Assembly (NCBI GenBank): GCA_024137785.1
Contig: JAHRHZ010000102.1
Span: 1-64,000 of the forward strand
DNA from: Ginglymostoma cirratum
Lineage: Eukaryota
Direction: 5' to 3'
DNA length: 64,000 nt
The notes below the pieces were generated by a model, which was not told the DNA's origin, searched no databases, and saw only the letters and a program-made list of their open reading frames with translations. The translations under genes and the position numbers were made by a program. Below are positions 47,780 through 60,124 of the stretch, piece by piece (the first letter of the stretch is position 1; each line of letters opens with the position of its first letter).

Positions 47780-49340
47780 AAGGAAAAGTGACGACAGGAG
47801 ATTGAATTCTTCATGAAGATAGAGAGTGATATTGTTGGTTCCGACTCTCTGGTCCTGTAATTAAATGAAAGAAGTTATACTGGTATGACGCGTGAGCTGC
47901 TTGTGATAAATTGTGGATCAGTATTTCAATGGATGATGGGACATGGATAATGGTAAACGTTTAAAGAGGAAGTGGACAAGCTATGAAAGTTATTCATCTC
48001 AGTCTGGCATTAGAACAAAATGGGAAACATGGTCAAACCATGGCAGAGAAAGGGAAATGAATGGGTATTAAGTTTAAGGAAACAGCATTCAAATTAGGTA
48101 AACAAAATAACAGACCTGAGGATTGGGAACAGTTTAGATTTCAGCAAAGGGAGTCAAAGTGACTTAATAAGAGGGAGAAAATAGAATATGGAATGCTCTT
48201 GCAGAGACTGTACAAACCAATCGCATTTTTCTTTATTCATTCACAGGACGTGAACATTGCTGGCTAGGCCAGAATTTATTGCCAATCCCTGATTGTCCGG
48301 AGGGCTGTCAAGAGTTAACTGCATTGCTGTGGGACTGGAGTCACTTCTAGGACAGACCGAGCAAGGATGACAGTTTCTTCCCCGAAGGATATCAGTGAGC
48401 CAGATGGGTTTTTCCTGACAATCAAAAACAGTTTCCTGATGATCATTAAACCCTTAATTGAACATTGATAGCAAAACATTAGTCAAGAATAAATTAGGTT
48501 CTCCTTACAATCAGAAACATGGACATTATAATGGGGTACAAAATGATGGCAGACCAATTACGTAAGTCTTAGATTTTCAAAAAAGAGGACACAAATAAGA
48601 CCCAAAATTAAAGGGTTCCCAGGGTCTCACGGGAAGGTAGAATTGAAAGAAATTACTATTAGTAGGAAAATGGTATTGAGAAAGCTCATGGGATAACCGG
48701 CAGACAAATCCCCAGAGATTGATAACCTTTGTCTCAGAGTAACTTAGGAAGTGGCACTCGAAATGGCTAATGCATTCGTGGTTATCCTCAAATTCTCTTG
48801 ATTCAGCAAGTTCCTATGGATTGGAGGGTACTTAACGTTGCCCAAGTATTTAAGAAGGGAATCAGAGCGAAAATCAGGCATTTTCAAAGCATTGATGGTG
48901 GGAAAAAGTGTTAGGGTCTACTGTAAAAGTTGGGATAACAGAGTACTTGGAAGATAGTGACAAGATCAGACAGAGTAGGCAGAACCTTTGTCTGTGAGAT
49001 CTCTGAGACTCTCTGTTGGGCATGAATTCCCTCCACGCGACTTTCCATCCTGACTTGAAGATGTATCACTCTTCCTAAAGAGTTACTGGGACAAAATCCT
49101 GAATTCCCTCCCGAACAGCATTGTGGGTCCACCTCATGGACTGTAGTGGTTCACAAAGGCAGATCACTGTCATCTTCTCACTGGCAACTCAGCTCGGCAA
49201 AGTCCACAGAAATTTAAGAAAATCATTATCAAGGCCAACTGGGGATATGGAATTGAAAACGAAATAGATCAGCTTTGACCTTTTTGAGGCTCACTGGGCA
49301 GAATTAACTGCTCTGACTCCTATTTTCCATGTTCTCAGCT
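47780..49340 (+). mobile_element. Degraded CR1-like ORF2 region with nested SINE pieces
   Basis: Relics of the endonuclease-RT linker (GACAAATCCCCAG, CCTATGGATTGGAGGGT); SINE fragment at 48230-48470. Confidence 0.55.
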
Positions 49341-50499
49341 CTTTGTATCAAAATGCATCCCAGCGGGAATGGTGCATTCCCTGGAACTTCGAAGGATGAG
49401 GGCTGATTTGATTAAAATTTTCCAGATGTTAATTGAAGCTTGGTGGGGTGATCGAAAGTATCTAATCCATGTGTGGGTGAAGTGAGAGCTCAAATACCTT
49501 CCTTGCCTGCAGTAGTCAGACAAGACTTGTGTTTCTTTATCCTACGATTTATTTGAACATCTGAATGAGGAACAAGAGTGGGCCACTTCGCCCTTCGAGC
49601 CGACGCTGCGACTCAATAAGATCACAGCTGATGTGATTTTAAACTCTGTTCCATGTACCTGCATTTCCCTGAACATTTTTTCATCTTGGTCATCAGAATC
49701 TGTCTGCCTCTGCATTAAAATAACTTTAAAGATTCTGCATCCACTGCCTTTTGATGAAGGGAATTACAAAGATTCTCAGCCCTCTGAGAGAAAGTAAATA
49801 TTCTTCACCATTTCAAATGGATTCACTCCCAGCTTTAAACAATGACCCTCAGTTCGAGATTCTCCAACAAGGGGGATCATGTTTTCAACATTGACCTGTT
49901 CAGGTCCCCTCAAGATCTTTTAGGTTTCAATTTAGTCTCCTCTTTCTTATCTAAACTTGAAAGGATACCGCCCTAGCCTGTCTCGCCTGTCTAGCCTGTC
50001 GAGCCTTTCCTCATAAGGCAATCCACTCATTCACAGTATTAGACCATTAAATCTTCTTTGAAATGCTTCCAACGTATTAACAACTATGTATAAGTACAGT
50101 GACAAGTACTAAACACTGTATTCCAGAAGCAAGTCTCACCAGTAAAAGGGGGACTGCTTGTATCTGAAGGTGGCCCATGAATTCCCACCTGCTTACAGTA
50201 ATGCTTTTTCAGCAAGCTGAGGTTAGTTATATTTATCCAATTACAGACTGACACAGGTTCTGGTTAGATAGTTGTACAGTTTGCATTATTACAAAGACAG
50301 CATTGTTGCTGTATCACTCAAACCACCCACTCTGCTGGATCTGCACAAATAATGACTGGCTCTGCAGCCAATTCCCGCAGCCTGATTTGACCTGTATTTT
50401 TCAGCCTCTGTCCCATCAAGGACATTACTGATTCAGGTGGGTTTTCATGATAATCCAGTAGCTTTCATTCCCCTTTTGACTGTTTTAAATTTATTTTCC

Positions 50500-50740
50500 T
50501 GGAATTCAAAAGGGAGAATTTACAGACGGGCAGCTCAAGTCAAACATTGTATGAAGAGCTTCCAGTAAAACTGAATTCTCAGGAGCTTTGAACATGGAAG
50601 GAAACCGTACCATTCACAGTGAAGAGAAACCGTACAAGTGGACTGTGTGGGAAAAAACCTTCAATCAATCTTCTGGACTTTTGAGATGGAAATGCAGTGA
50701 AAACAGGGGGACAACGGTGACATCAAGCTTTCTTTTGTAA
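50500..50740 (+). pseudogene. C2H2 zinc-finger exon remnant; 48-aa ORF at 50594-50740
   Basis: MEGNRTIHSEEKPYKWTVWEKTFNQSSGLLRWKCSENRG...: linker, F and L retained, Zn ligands lost. Confidence 0.7.
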
Positions 50741-51569
50741 CATCATAGTCATAGATCTCAGTTTGAATTAAGCAAGGGCCACTCAGCTCCTGATCTCTCG
50801 ACATTCTTGCTGCAAACACAGATCGAACAGCTGAATTCCAAATATGGGAATGACTATCTGCTATTTTAAGGCTCCGTTTGACAGAGCATTGAATCAAGGA
50901 ATCATAGCAAAACTAGGATCAACAGGAATCAGAGAATATTATTCTCCTTTGAAGGCAGGTATTTGAAAAGATTGCATCTTCAGACATGGGTAGATACAAA
51001 CAATGTGAATTTATTCAAACTTTTACCACATATGTGCAGAAGAGATCTCTCATTCGAGTGTCTCCAGCTTCGGGACAATCCACTATTTACAGCTCAAAAC
51101 AGAATAATGAGACATTTTCGCGTTAGACTGGTTCCATGTAACATTGGAACAAAATAAATTTATATGTCAGTTATTTACTGCATGAACAGGATGCTGTTCA
51201 GTTTTTTACAAAGTTCTGAGTTCTCTAATTTCAGCAGTGCTTCCACTTCTACATTATCTTCAAAGCTTCTCTCTCCCCACCATCAGACCACAGCATGCAA
51301 GCTTTCCTTTCTGAATAATACATACGTGAGTATCTTAAGATGTACAGATGTTCTCTGAACCCGAAGTAACTGCTGACGGTTCACTGTTATTGATATGTAG
51401 TTAAACTACCTCAACTACAATAACTATGTACTTGTATGGTTGTATTTGACTGTTAGCCCATGCTGCAATGCTCGTCCAAACTTATTTCCTATTGTTCTGT
51501 GTTTTAATGTTCTGCTTCTTTCCTTTTATATTCCCCTTGTCCACTCTCCTATCCTCCTTCCCCTACACC

Positions 51570-52800
51570 ACCCTGGTTGGGTAATACTGAGTACAGAGGG
51601 AGATGCTTGTGATTACAGGAGGCCAACCACCTCACCTGCAGCAGTTCCTCAGGATCGGGTTCTTGTCCCAACCACGTTCAGCAGTTTCATCAATGGTCTT
51701 TCCTGCGTCATCAGGTCAGAAATGGGAATGTTTGCTGCTGATTGCACAATTCTTAGCACCATTTGTGACTGCTTGGATACTGAGTCAGTAGATATCTCAA
51801 TGCAGTGTGCCTGGACAACATTGAAGTTAGCCTGCTATGTGACAAAGAACATTTGCACCAAAATACCAACCAATAATGAACAAATCTGACAGATGAGAAC
51901 CTAACATTTAGTAACATTCAATGGGTTATCTTCACTGAATTCCCCACTATCATCATCCTGGGTGCTAATATTGATGAGAAAATGAACTGGACCTGCATTC
52001 CAAATATTGTGCCTACAAAAGAAGTTCTGAGGGAAGAGATTGATGATTAATTCAACTTGTGACTCCCCAAAGTCTGCATCATCATGATTGTAACGGAGTA
52101 CTCTCTATTTGCTGGGATGGATGCAGCTCAACAATTGACGAATCATAGAATCCCTACAGTGTGAAAACAGGCCATTCAGCCTAACAGGTCCACACCACCC
52201 CTCCAAACAGCATCCCACCCAGACCCATTCACCTATCCTGTACCTTACCATTTCCGATGTCTGATCGACCTAACCTACACGTGCCTGGACACTATGGGAA
52301 ATTTAGCTTAACAATTCCACTTGATCTGCACATCTTTGGACTGTGGGAGGAAACCCATGCAGACATAGGGAGAATATGCAAACTCCACAGAGACAGTCAA
52401 CTGAGGGTGGAATTGAACTCGGGTTCTCAGTGCTGTGAGGCAGCAATGCTAACTCGTGGACCACTGTGCTGCCCCAAAAAACCAACAATACTCAAGAAAC
52501 CCTACCCTATCCAGCACAGTGCAGTCCACTTAACTGGTGCCTCATTCAGTACCTTCAGCATTTTCTCCCTTCCTCACTGAGGTACAGTGGCAGCAGAGTG
52601 CAACATCTACAAGATGCACTGCAGTTACTCACCCACTCCCTTGACAGCACCTTCTAAACCTTCAAACTGTAACACCTGAAAGCACAAGAGTAGAAGATCC
52701 ATCTGCAAGTTTCCCTCCAAGGTGCATACTGACCTGAATTGGAGTGATATTGGTGATGATCTCATTGAGTGGTGCAGTGCCCGTGATGGGCCAAAAAGCC
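51570..52800 (+). mobile_element. CR1/L2-group LINE RT fragment
   Basis: AAVPQDRVLVPTTFSSFINGL..MGMFAADCT (RT motifs, YADD degenerate). Confidence 0.75.
52141..52474 (-). mobile_element. Near full-length HE1/V-SINE-like element
   Basis: tRNA-like head GGGCAGCACAGTGG..TGCTGCCTCACAGC..CCCGAGTTCAATTCC, V-domain GTGGAGTTTGCATATTCTCCC, LINE-like tail ending GATTCTATGATT. Confidence 0.85.
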
Positions 52801-53524
52801 TATGTCTGCTTCTGTGTCTTCTATTTCTTCTATCATGATTTTTTAAAAAAGTTGATTCATGCAGTGACCAGACTTATGCTCAGTCCTCTAAACTGGTGTT
52901 TGTTAAGCCTCTATAATCATTTCCCTGGTGTTATATTCCAGCCTGTGGTCAAGAACAGAAAGTAGCTCAAAACCCTGTTGACCCCCTGATGTCCCTGTCC
53001 AACCACCTTCACAGATATGTGAATCTCCACTCCCAGCTCTCTTTGTCCTTCTCCACCACTCAGTATTCCCCATTTTCATTGTTCACTCTCCCTGAATTCA
53101 CTATCACTCACTTCTCTGGATTGAATTCTGTTCACCATTGTTTTTCTTTCTACCTGACTGATATATTCCTGCATTTCATGGCTTTCTTCCTCATGGTCAA
53201 CTGCGTGGTCAATTATTGCGTGCCATCTCTCGACTTCCAAATTATGGCTCTTGCAACTAGGATTTGATTATTGTCACAGATCAAAAAACCATGGAACTGT
53301 CTGGGTAAAAACTGAAAGGACTGTAATTGCTGTAAGTCAGAAACAAATCAGAAACAGAAATTTCTGGAAAAGCTCAGCAGAACTGGCAGCATCCGTGGAG
53401 AGAAATCAAAGATAACATTTCTGTTTGATTCGCCCTCAGAATTCCACATGAAGCAGGCTTGTAGACATAGCCAATTCATAGTTGGGGATTAACAGCAGCA
53501 AAAACAGCAGAATATAACCCTTAC

Positions 53525-53790
53525 TGTCGTATGTGAATTTGCTGGTGCCGTTGGAGGTTGATTTTCTGAGTGATCCATTCCCACACACGGGACTGGTGAA
53601 CAACCTGTCCCAAGTGTGACTGAGTAAACGAGTTTCCACCTCAGTGGGTAATTGAATCCTTCTCTCGGTCTGCACATTTCCCTGGTTTATCTGTGGTGTG
53701 GGTATCCTTCCGTCTGTCCAAGTTGGGTGATCAGGTGAATTTGAATCCTTGCATACAGTAAGCCATTTTTCCCTGTTGTGAATGTGTTTT
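53525..53790 (-). pseudogene. C2H2 zinc-finger array remnant
   Basis: SHTWDRLFTSPVCGNG and, in another frame, NLQRHQQIH. Confidence 0.7.
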
Positions 53791-54125
53791 TATTCTTCCT
53801 TTTTCTCCCACGGATGTGAGTATCGCTGGTCAGGATATCATTTTATCATTCATACCTAATTCACCTTGAACTGATTTCAGAGGACAGTTAGAGGTCAACC
53901 ACGTTTTTGTGGGTCTGTAGTCATTTGTATGCCAGACCGGGTAAGGACTTCCCTCACAAAGGGACATGAATGAATGAAATTTCACGAAATTAGAGTCATG
54001 GTCTCTGTTCCTGAAATCAGGTTTTCATTCCAGATGGTATTCATCGAATTTAAACTCCAGCAACTGCTATGTCTTCGTACCCAGGGTTAACTAGGAGATA
54101 AATCACCACTATGCTGCTATCTCCC
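53790..54125 (-). mobile_element. tRNA-headed SINE-like repeat (partial copies at 33780-33910 and 48230-48470); family name uncertain
   Basis: Shared GTGGGTCTG.AGTCA..TGT..GCCAGACC.GGTAAGG core; head GGGAGATAGCAGCATAGTGG. Confidence 0.6.
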
Positions 54126-54352
54126 TGCAGCATTTTTTCATTGTAGAGAATAACCTTCTCTGTTAAGATCAACCCAGAGTGACAAAGAGGAGAAGGCCAT
54201 TCGGACCACCAGACCAGTGTTAGTTCCCGGTACGAAATGGATTGAGTGAAAGGGAAAAGTATCAGCTGGTGGATGTTTACAACATTTACAGTGTGTGTGA
54301 TATTTCCCACAGTCTGATGTCCCAAAAATCCCTGCTCCGTGTCAATGAAAGC

Positions 54353-54448
54353 TGCTCCGGGTGAGGTTGGAGCTCACAGCCTCGGCATTTCACGCGCCTC
54401 TGTGCCGTCATGGAAGGACCGCGCGCTCACCGATTGCGTCACTGGAGC
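54353..54448 (-). pseudogene. Intron-containing tRNA-Ile(UAU)-derived copy, anticodon reads TCC
   Basis: GCTCCAGTGACGCAATCGGTGAGCGCGCGGTC CT TCC A [22 nt] A TGCCGAGGCTGTGAGCTCCAACCTCACCCGGAGCA. Confidence 0.85.
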
Positions 54449-55055
54449 CACAGAGTAGCTCCGCTCACTCATTGCCATCCCCACTTCCGGTTGTTCACGT
54501 GATTAGGGTAAGGTGCTTTCTTCACTGTGCCCCCTGGATTTACATTCCAGATGGGGAATGACTCGGCATTGCTGTTGTGAGAGTGGTCACAGTGGGCAGG
54601 GCTTCAAATGAAATAGTAAAACAATTCGACCGGTGTTTGTGGGATGAGACTGACAGTTAATCTTCCAGCTGATGACCGCTTCATCCAATTGGAATAGTCC
54701 GGACTGTCTCAGGTGGGAAACAAATGCAGAGGGAGGGGAGTGAAAGCGCTGGGACTGGCTACAAGGCGTGAGGGATAAACCAACTGAAGAAATGATGAGT
54801 CAAGGCTAAACGGAGGTAAGAATGTGATGAAATTTCTTGTTTGGTTCATTATTCCACAATTCTCACTCAGAATGAAGCAATCACAACTGCTGTTTCAAAG
54901 AAACGTGGTATTTTCTCAGATTTTACTGATTTTATTATTCTTCTAAAATCAGAAACGTAATGGTGTGGATTGGATTCCGATGAGGAAATTTCTCATCCTC
55001 CATCTTCCTCCCATGAGATCTTGATGATATCGCATGTCAACTGCTTTCCACGTGT

Positions 55056-55137
55056 GAGGACGTGACCGAGAGTTTAAGGCAATGGATTATAAATACATTG
55101 TGGTCTGCCCATGTGGGTTTGAATCTCGCCGTCGTTG
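55056..55137 (+). pseudogene. tRNA-Ser(GCU)-type body, degenerate
   Basis: GAGGACGTGACCGAGAGTTTAAGGCAATGGATTATAAATACATTGTGGTCTGCCCATGTGGGTTTGAATCTCGCCGTCGTTG; downstream flank matches that of 57582. Confidence 0.75.
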
Positions 55138-56709
55138 GTGTTTCAGGCCATTATCACTGTTGTCATTCTTCTTTGTATATAACACATTTGTACAAATTGG
55201 ACTTGACGCCCAATTCTCATCAGTTTATGTCAGCAGAGATTCTTGAATTGTCGACATGACAGTAAAGTCTAAATTAAGAATTACAACCTATCACGTTAAA
55301 ATAGTTAAATTACAGATTAAACTGGAATAGGGAAAAGGAACACAATTTTCCTTCCCGTCATTTCTTCAGTCTGTGGTACGTAGAGTGCCATTTGTTGCCT
55401 CCAATCATATTTGTTCTTCATCAGCTGATGAAGCTCGTTACTGAGCTGTCTGATCAAATACATCGACCTTTTCTACCACTTCATCCAACTCCTTGACAAT
55501 TTTAAACTTTTCGATCAATGGGACCATCGGCCAAATGAAGCTGAAGCAGAAGTAAGCCGGTTGGTTCATGAAGTCTGCTCCGTTATTCAATGGCGTCAGG
55601 GCTGCTCTGATAATCTTCAACTCCATTCTCCTGCTCCACGTGAATAACCCTTGATCTCCTTACTGATTAAATATCGGTCTCGCTCAGCTTGAAAATAATT
55701 CAGAGCGAGAATTCCAGACAATTACTGGGCACTGAGCAACACAATTCCTCCTCATTTCAGAATTAAATGGGCAACACCTTGTTCTGAGATTGTGTCCTTT
55801 GCCCCTCGACACTCACACTAAGGCAAACTACCGGTCCATATCTACTCTTTCAAGGTCCCGAAGAATATTGAATGTCTATAAATGTTATTGTGTGGTTATA
55901 AATCTCCCGGCCCCTCGCCTCCTTTGTTCCAAGGAGAACAATCCCAGCCTAACCAAGCATTCCATTCCATTTTATCCAGTCTTGGGAAAATGCCAGGATA
56001 TCTCCTGTCGTGTCCATGAATATTTTAAGGGAGATTGACGATGATTCTGTGAAACAAGAGGTTTAGCATTTATCAAGCATAGGTAGGGGTCGGGATTTAG
56101 GGTCAGAATTAGATTTACTCGAAAATATAGAATCGTGGGGCATTGAGTTTCTCTGGTTCTAGGCCTGGGAACCGGGATTATGTGGACGTCTGCAGCCGTA
56201 GTCACTTCCATTTCTGAAGAAACTGTTGGGAAAACCGTTGTAAAACTCAAATGCTCATTGAAAAATACACCCAATATCGTAATCCAGCAAAAAATCATAT
56301 CCACATGAAAATGAATTACATTCACTATGTGAATATAATGCAGAAGGTCTTCCTTTTAAACTGGAAGAAATAGGAGTATGATGCAGCCACTCAGCACTTC
56401 GAGCCCACCTTGCCGTTTAATGAGATCTTGGACGTCGTACGACTTTAAAACCATTTTTTCTACACTATTCGCTGAAATCTTGATTTTTTAAAAAAAATCT
56501 GTCGAAATCTATCGATGACAGCTTTTTAAAAACTTAATACTTAGCATTTATGACTTCCAGGGCTCAGAATTCCAAAGATTCACCTCATTGTGCGTTCCCT
56601 CATCTCAGTCCGCTGTTTGGCAAGTATTCCTGTCGTGTGCCTGGTGCTGTTCCTGTCACACCCCCCAACACTGCGCTTATTTCCTGTTCCCTTAGGACTC
56701 ATTGTGCGG

Positions 56710-56781
56710 GCCTGTGACGATATAGTGGTCCTTACTGTCTGATGCGGCTGCAGTAGCTCTTGCTCGAATCTGACGAAGGCA
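56710..56781 (+). pseudogene. tRNA-His-derived, highly degenerate
   Basis: GCCTGTGACGATATAGTGG..TACT..GGCTGCAG..CTCGAATCTGA..GGCA; downstream 56905-57020 paralogous to 10490-10610. Confidence 0.55.
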
Positions 56782-57249
56782 TTAACTGTGGTATTCATTT
56801 TCCCTGTAACATGTGCTAAAGGAACGCAATGAGGGATTAATTTAAATTCCAGAAAGCATGCTCGTGAAGGTGTGTTCAATGCCGATGTTGTGAGAACAAG
56901 CATCACCCAGAGCCACTTTTATTAGCATAGGCCAGAGATTCTTTCAGGGTCAGGCTCAGGAAAATGACAAGAGAGCGATGTTCAGCGCAACAGATTTCAT
57001 TATAAACGAACATTTTCTGCATTGTGCAGTTCATTTGTCAGATTTGTCTCATTTAGCATTTTGAAATTGTCCGCTCTGTAAACAAGCAAGCGTCATTAAT
57101 ATCTGTTGAGTAGAGAGCTGGTCCCAGTACTGACTTCTGGAAACAGCAGATTGTACTCTCCTCGAGTACAATTCCTCACAGACAATGTCACATCCCCACT
57201 GTCACCAGGCTCTTCGTTAAATCGGCTTCAATTCTTTGTCGAATTCGAT

Positions 57250-57365
57250 TCAATAGATCATAGATTGTAGAATCATAGAATCCCTGCAGTGTGGGAACGG
57301 GTCCTTCGGCCCAACAAGTCCACACCGACCCTCAGAGCATGTCACCCAGACCCATTCCCCTGAAA
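57250..57365 (-). mobile_element. HE1-like SINE 3' tail
   Basis: AGAATCATAGAATCCCTGCAGTGTGG..CTTCGGCCCAACAAGTCCACACCGACCCTC. Confidence 0.75.
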
Positions 57366-57581
57366 CCACTTCCTCTTGCCATTGAGAAATTTCTTCATTT
57401 GTGTTCAGCTCCTGCGAGCAGTGTGTCGCAATGGGTGTGACCAAGAAGCCATACCATACTCTGGAAATCATACCCCACTGCATATCATTTCACAAACACG
57501 AGTGAGAAATACCTGCTGTTTTACGCAATTTACTTCAGTGAGAGAAACATGAGGCCTTGATAAGATCACATATCAGTATGT

Positions 57582-57663
57582 GACGAGATGGCCGAGAGGT
57601 TAAGGCGATGGACTGCTAATCTATTGTGTTCTGCACGATTGGGTTCAAATCCCACTCTGGTCG
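57582..57663 (+). tRNA. tRNA-Ser(GCU), best-preserved copy; functionality uncertain
   Basis: GACGAGATGGCCGAGAGGTTAAGGCGATGGACTGCTAATCTATTGTGTTCTGCACGATTGGGTTCAAATCCCACTCTGGTCG; A and B boxes present, a few stem mismatches. Confidence 0.7.
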
Positions 57664-57664
57664 A

Positions 57665-57670
57665 TTTTTT
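57665..57670 (+). terminator. Pol III terminator (T6)
   Basis: TTTTTT begins 2 nt after the 3' end of tRNA-Ser(GCU). Confidence 0.6.
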
Positions 57671-58100
57671 GCTGCTGCTGACCTTCGTTATGTCTCATGA
57701 GCTTTCCCGAAAGTGAAGCTGGAATTCAATTCTTGTCAGTTTATCTCGCTGGAGATTCTTGATCAGTCGACTTTGCGGTCGAGTCGAAATCAAGAATTGG
57801 AACTTGTCTGAAATCTATTCAAATGTCGGTTGAATTTGGACAGTAACAAGGAAGACGATTTTCCCTCCCATTATTCCTCCCAAGTTGTGCTCCAATGAAC
57901 ATCCACAGAATGAAAGAGAAGCAGGTAAAAAAAAATGACGAAATATCGGAAGCACAGGTTTATACAGTGGGATTGTTGATGAGTATTTTAAGCTAACACA
58001 AAGTTCTGACTAATATTTCAAACAGTCCTTACGAAACCGACGGCGAGACAGATGCTTGATGAAAGACGCGAACACAACAAGCCAAGGGCAACTTGAGGGT

Positions 58101-58177
58101 GGCTCTTGTCGCAATGGGCAGCGCGGTAAACATTTGTGATTTAAAGGTCGTGTGGGTACAAAAAACACCCAGAATCG
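58101..58177 (+). pseudogene. Possible tRNA-Arg(UCU)-derived remnant
   Basis: GGCTCT..CGCAATGGGCAGCGC...ATTTAAAGGTCG..CCAGAATCG; anticodon arm unrecognisable. Confidence 0.45.
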
Positions 58178-60012
58178 AAATTCAATTCAGGTTCTAAACG
58201 AATCAATGGTGTTCTGTGGAAACTGCTTCATCTTCACGTCCTGTCATCCGGAATTCCAGTCCCCGCTGCTGACCAGAGGACGTTCGTCAAAATCCCACGC
58301 AAGTTTTCAGAGAATAGTTCGACCAGAGATGACTGTGTGTCCGACAAATCTGCATAGTTGACAGGGAAATTCAACATAACATTCCCGTTATACATTTGAT
58401 TTTTCACCTTGAATATACTTAGAGATCTTTAAATCCAGATTCTCGATGTGGGTTGTGAGGATGGGATAGGAAAATCCATTGAAGTTTTAGATCAGCGATC
58501 ACATTAAGGAATGGCGGGTCAGCGGAGCCAGGTTGAATGGCCTCTTCCTGTTCCCATGTTCACATCTTTCGGTGTTGTTTCAGGCAGACAACTGTCAACA
58601 GTAATGTGGAAGATGAAACAGTGCAACATAGGTTTGTGCCGAATGCTATTCTGAACTGAACTGATCCCACTTGCCTGCCAATAGTTGCGTATTTCTCTAT
58701 TACCTTCCTGTGCACGTGTCTGTCTAAAATACCTCTTAAACGTTGCTATCATGATGATGAGAACGGTTAATCGACAACATTGAATATCAAGTTTATTGAA
58801 TATCAAGTTTCTCACGTTTACCCCACCGCTCTCACAACTGGAATGGACAGCTCCTGTTGCAGTTTTAGGTCAGACAGTGGAGGATGCTCACAGGCGCTCG
58901 ATCAGACAGCACGCTCCTTCACATAGGTTTCTAAATGGGCATAAGGAACAAGTTGCCATGCAGATGTTGGGGCTTCAGGGATAGATTTCTCAATTGTCTG
59001 GTTGGAGTTCTGGCTGTGGTGCTAAACATGATATTCTGATATTCTAAATCCAGTTCTGGCCTCTTCTTAATTTACAATTTTAAATGTGAAATTCAATTTA
59101 ACTTTGTGTTACATTCTTATGCATTCACTCTTCATGAAAATCTTGGAACGTGTCCTTGAGTGAAGTAATGGAGAAGGTTGATGACGGCGGGTGTAGTGTG
59201 TGTCCTGTCGGTTGTGTGAATTTTGCAAACGAAGTTGGTGAATTGTTGCCGAATCGAATTCTGTGAAGAATTTTTGCGGCATGAAAGGCCCATGATAGTT
59301 GGGATGTAACGTTATCTGTGATGAATTGTTTTCCTGACTCGAGGAGAGTGCACAGTGCTGTTCCCAGGAGTCAGTATTGGCAAAAACCTCTACTCAGGGT
59401 AGATATTAATGAACCACATTTGCGTACAAAGTGCACAGTTTCAAAATTCTAAATGAGGCAAATCTCGCAAATAGACGAAACAACGCAGAAAGCCTCATGA
59501 ACTGCTTTTTACCAAAGAAAATTATCTTGCTGGACATTGCTTTGTGTTCTTTTCCTGAGTATTGTGACACGTACTCATGACACGATCGGGGAACACTTCA
59601 GCAAGTGTCAAAAGAGTGCAGTGCCAGAGGGCATGCCGGGAGCAGCACGAGGTACACGGTGAAGTTAATTTCCCACAACAGGAACATGCCCCAAAGAGCA
59701 GACTGAGGTGAGAGCACTCAGAGTGAAGTGAAGCTTTGAAATTCGGTGCCCCAGAAACTGTGGAGGTCAGTTGCTGAGTCTGTTCAAGAATGCGATTGAC
59801 AGATTTCTACACAGTGAAAACATCAAGGGCTCTGGCGACAGTGGAGGAAAATGTTGAAAACATACATTTCAATGTAGTTTAGCACTGTGTAATTAAGCAA
59901 GTTCCTCGAACAACTTAGGAACGACGAGTGAAGACGATCATGTCCCAGGTCAGAGGCAATTTGCCAACCATTAAGGTATAATTCAAAATATGGAGGTGTC
60001 CCAACGCATCCT

Positions 60013-60124
60013 GCTCCAGTGGCGCAACCGGTGAGCGGTATTTATATGAGCGGTGCGGTATTTATATGACAATACCGAGGCGTGTGAAATGCCGAAGTTG
60101 TAAATTCAAACCTCACGTGCAGTG
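60013..60124 (+). pseudogene. Intron-containing tRNA-Ile(UAU)-derived copy with an internal duplication
   Basis: GCTCCAGTGGCGCAACCGGTGAGC..CGGTA TT TAT A [22 nt] A TGCCGAAGTTGTAAATTCAAACCTCAC. Confidence 0.8.

Noticed and set aside
58101-58177. Intron loss from an Arg(UCU) gene
   Set aside because: The anticodon region is too degenerate to distinguish precise intron loss from deletion or misassignment.
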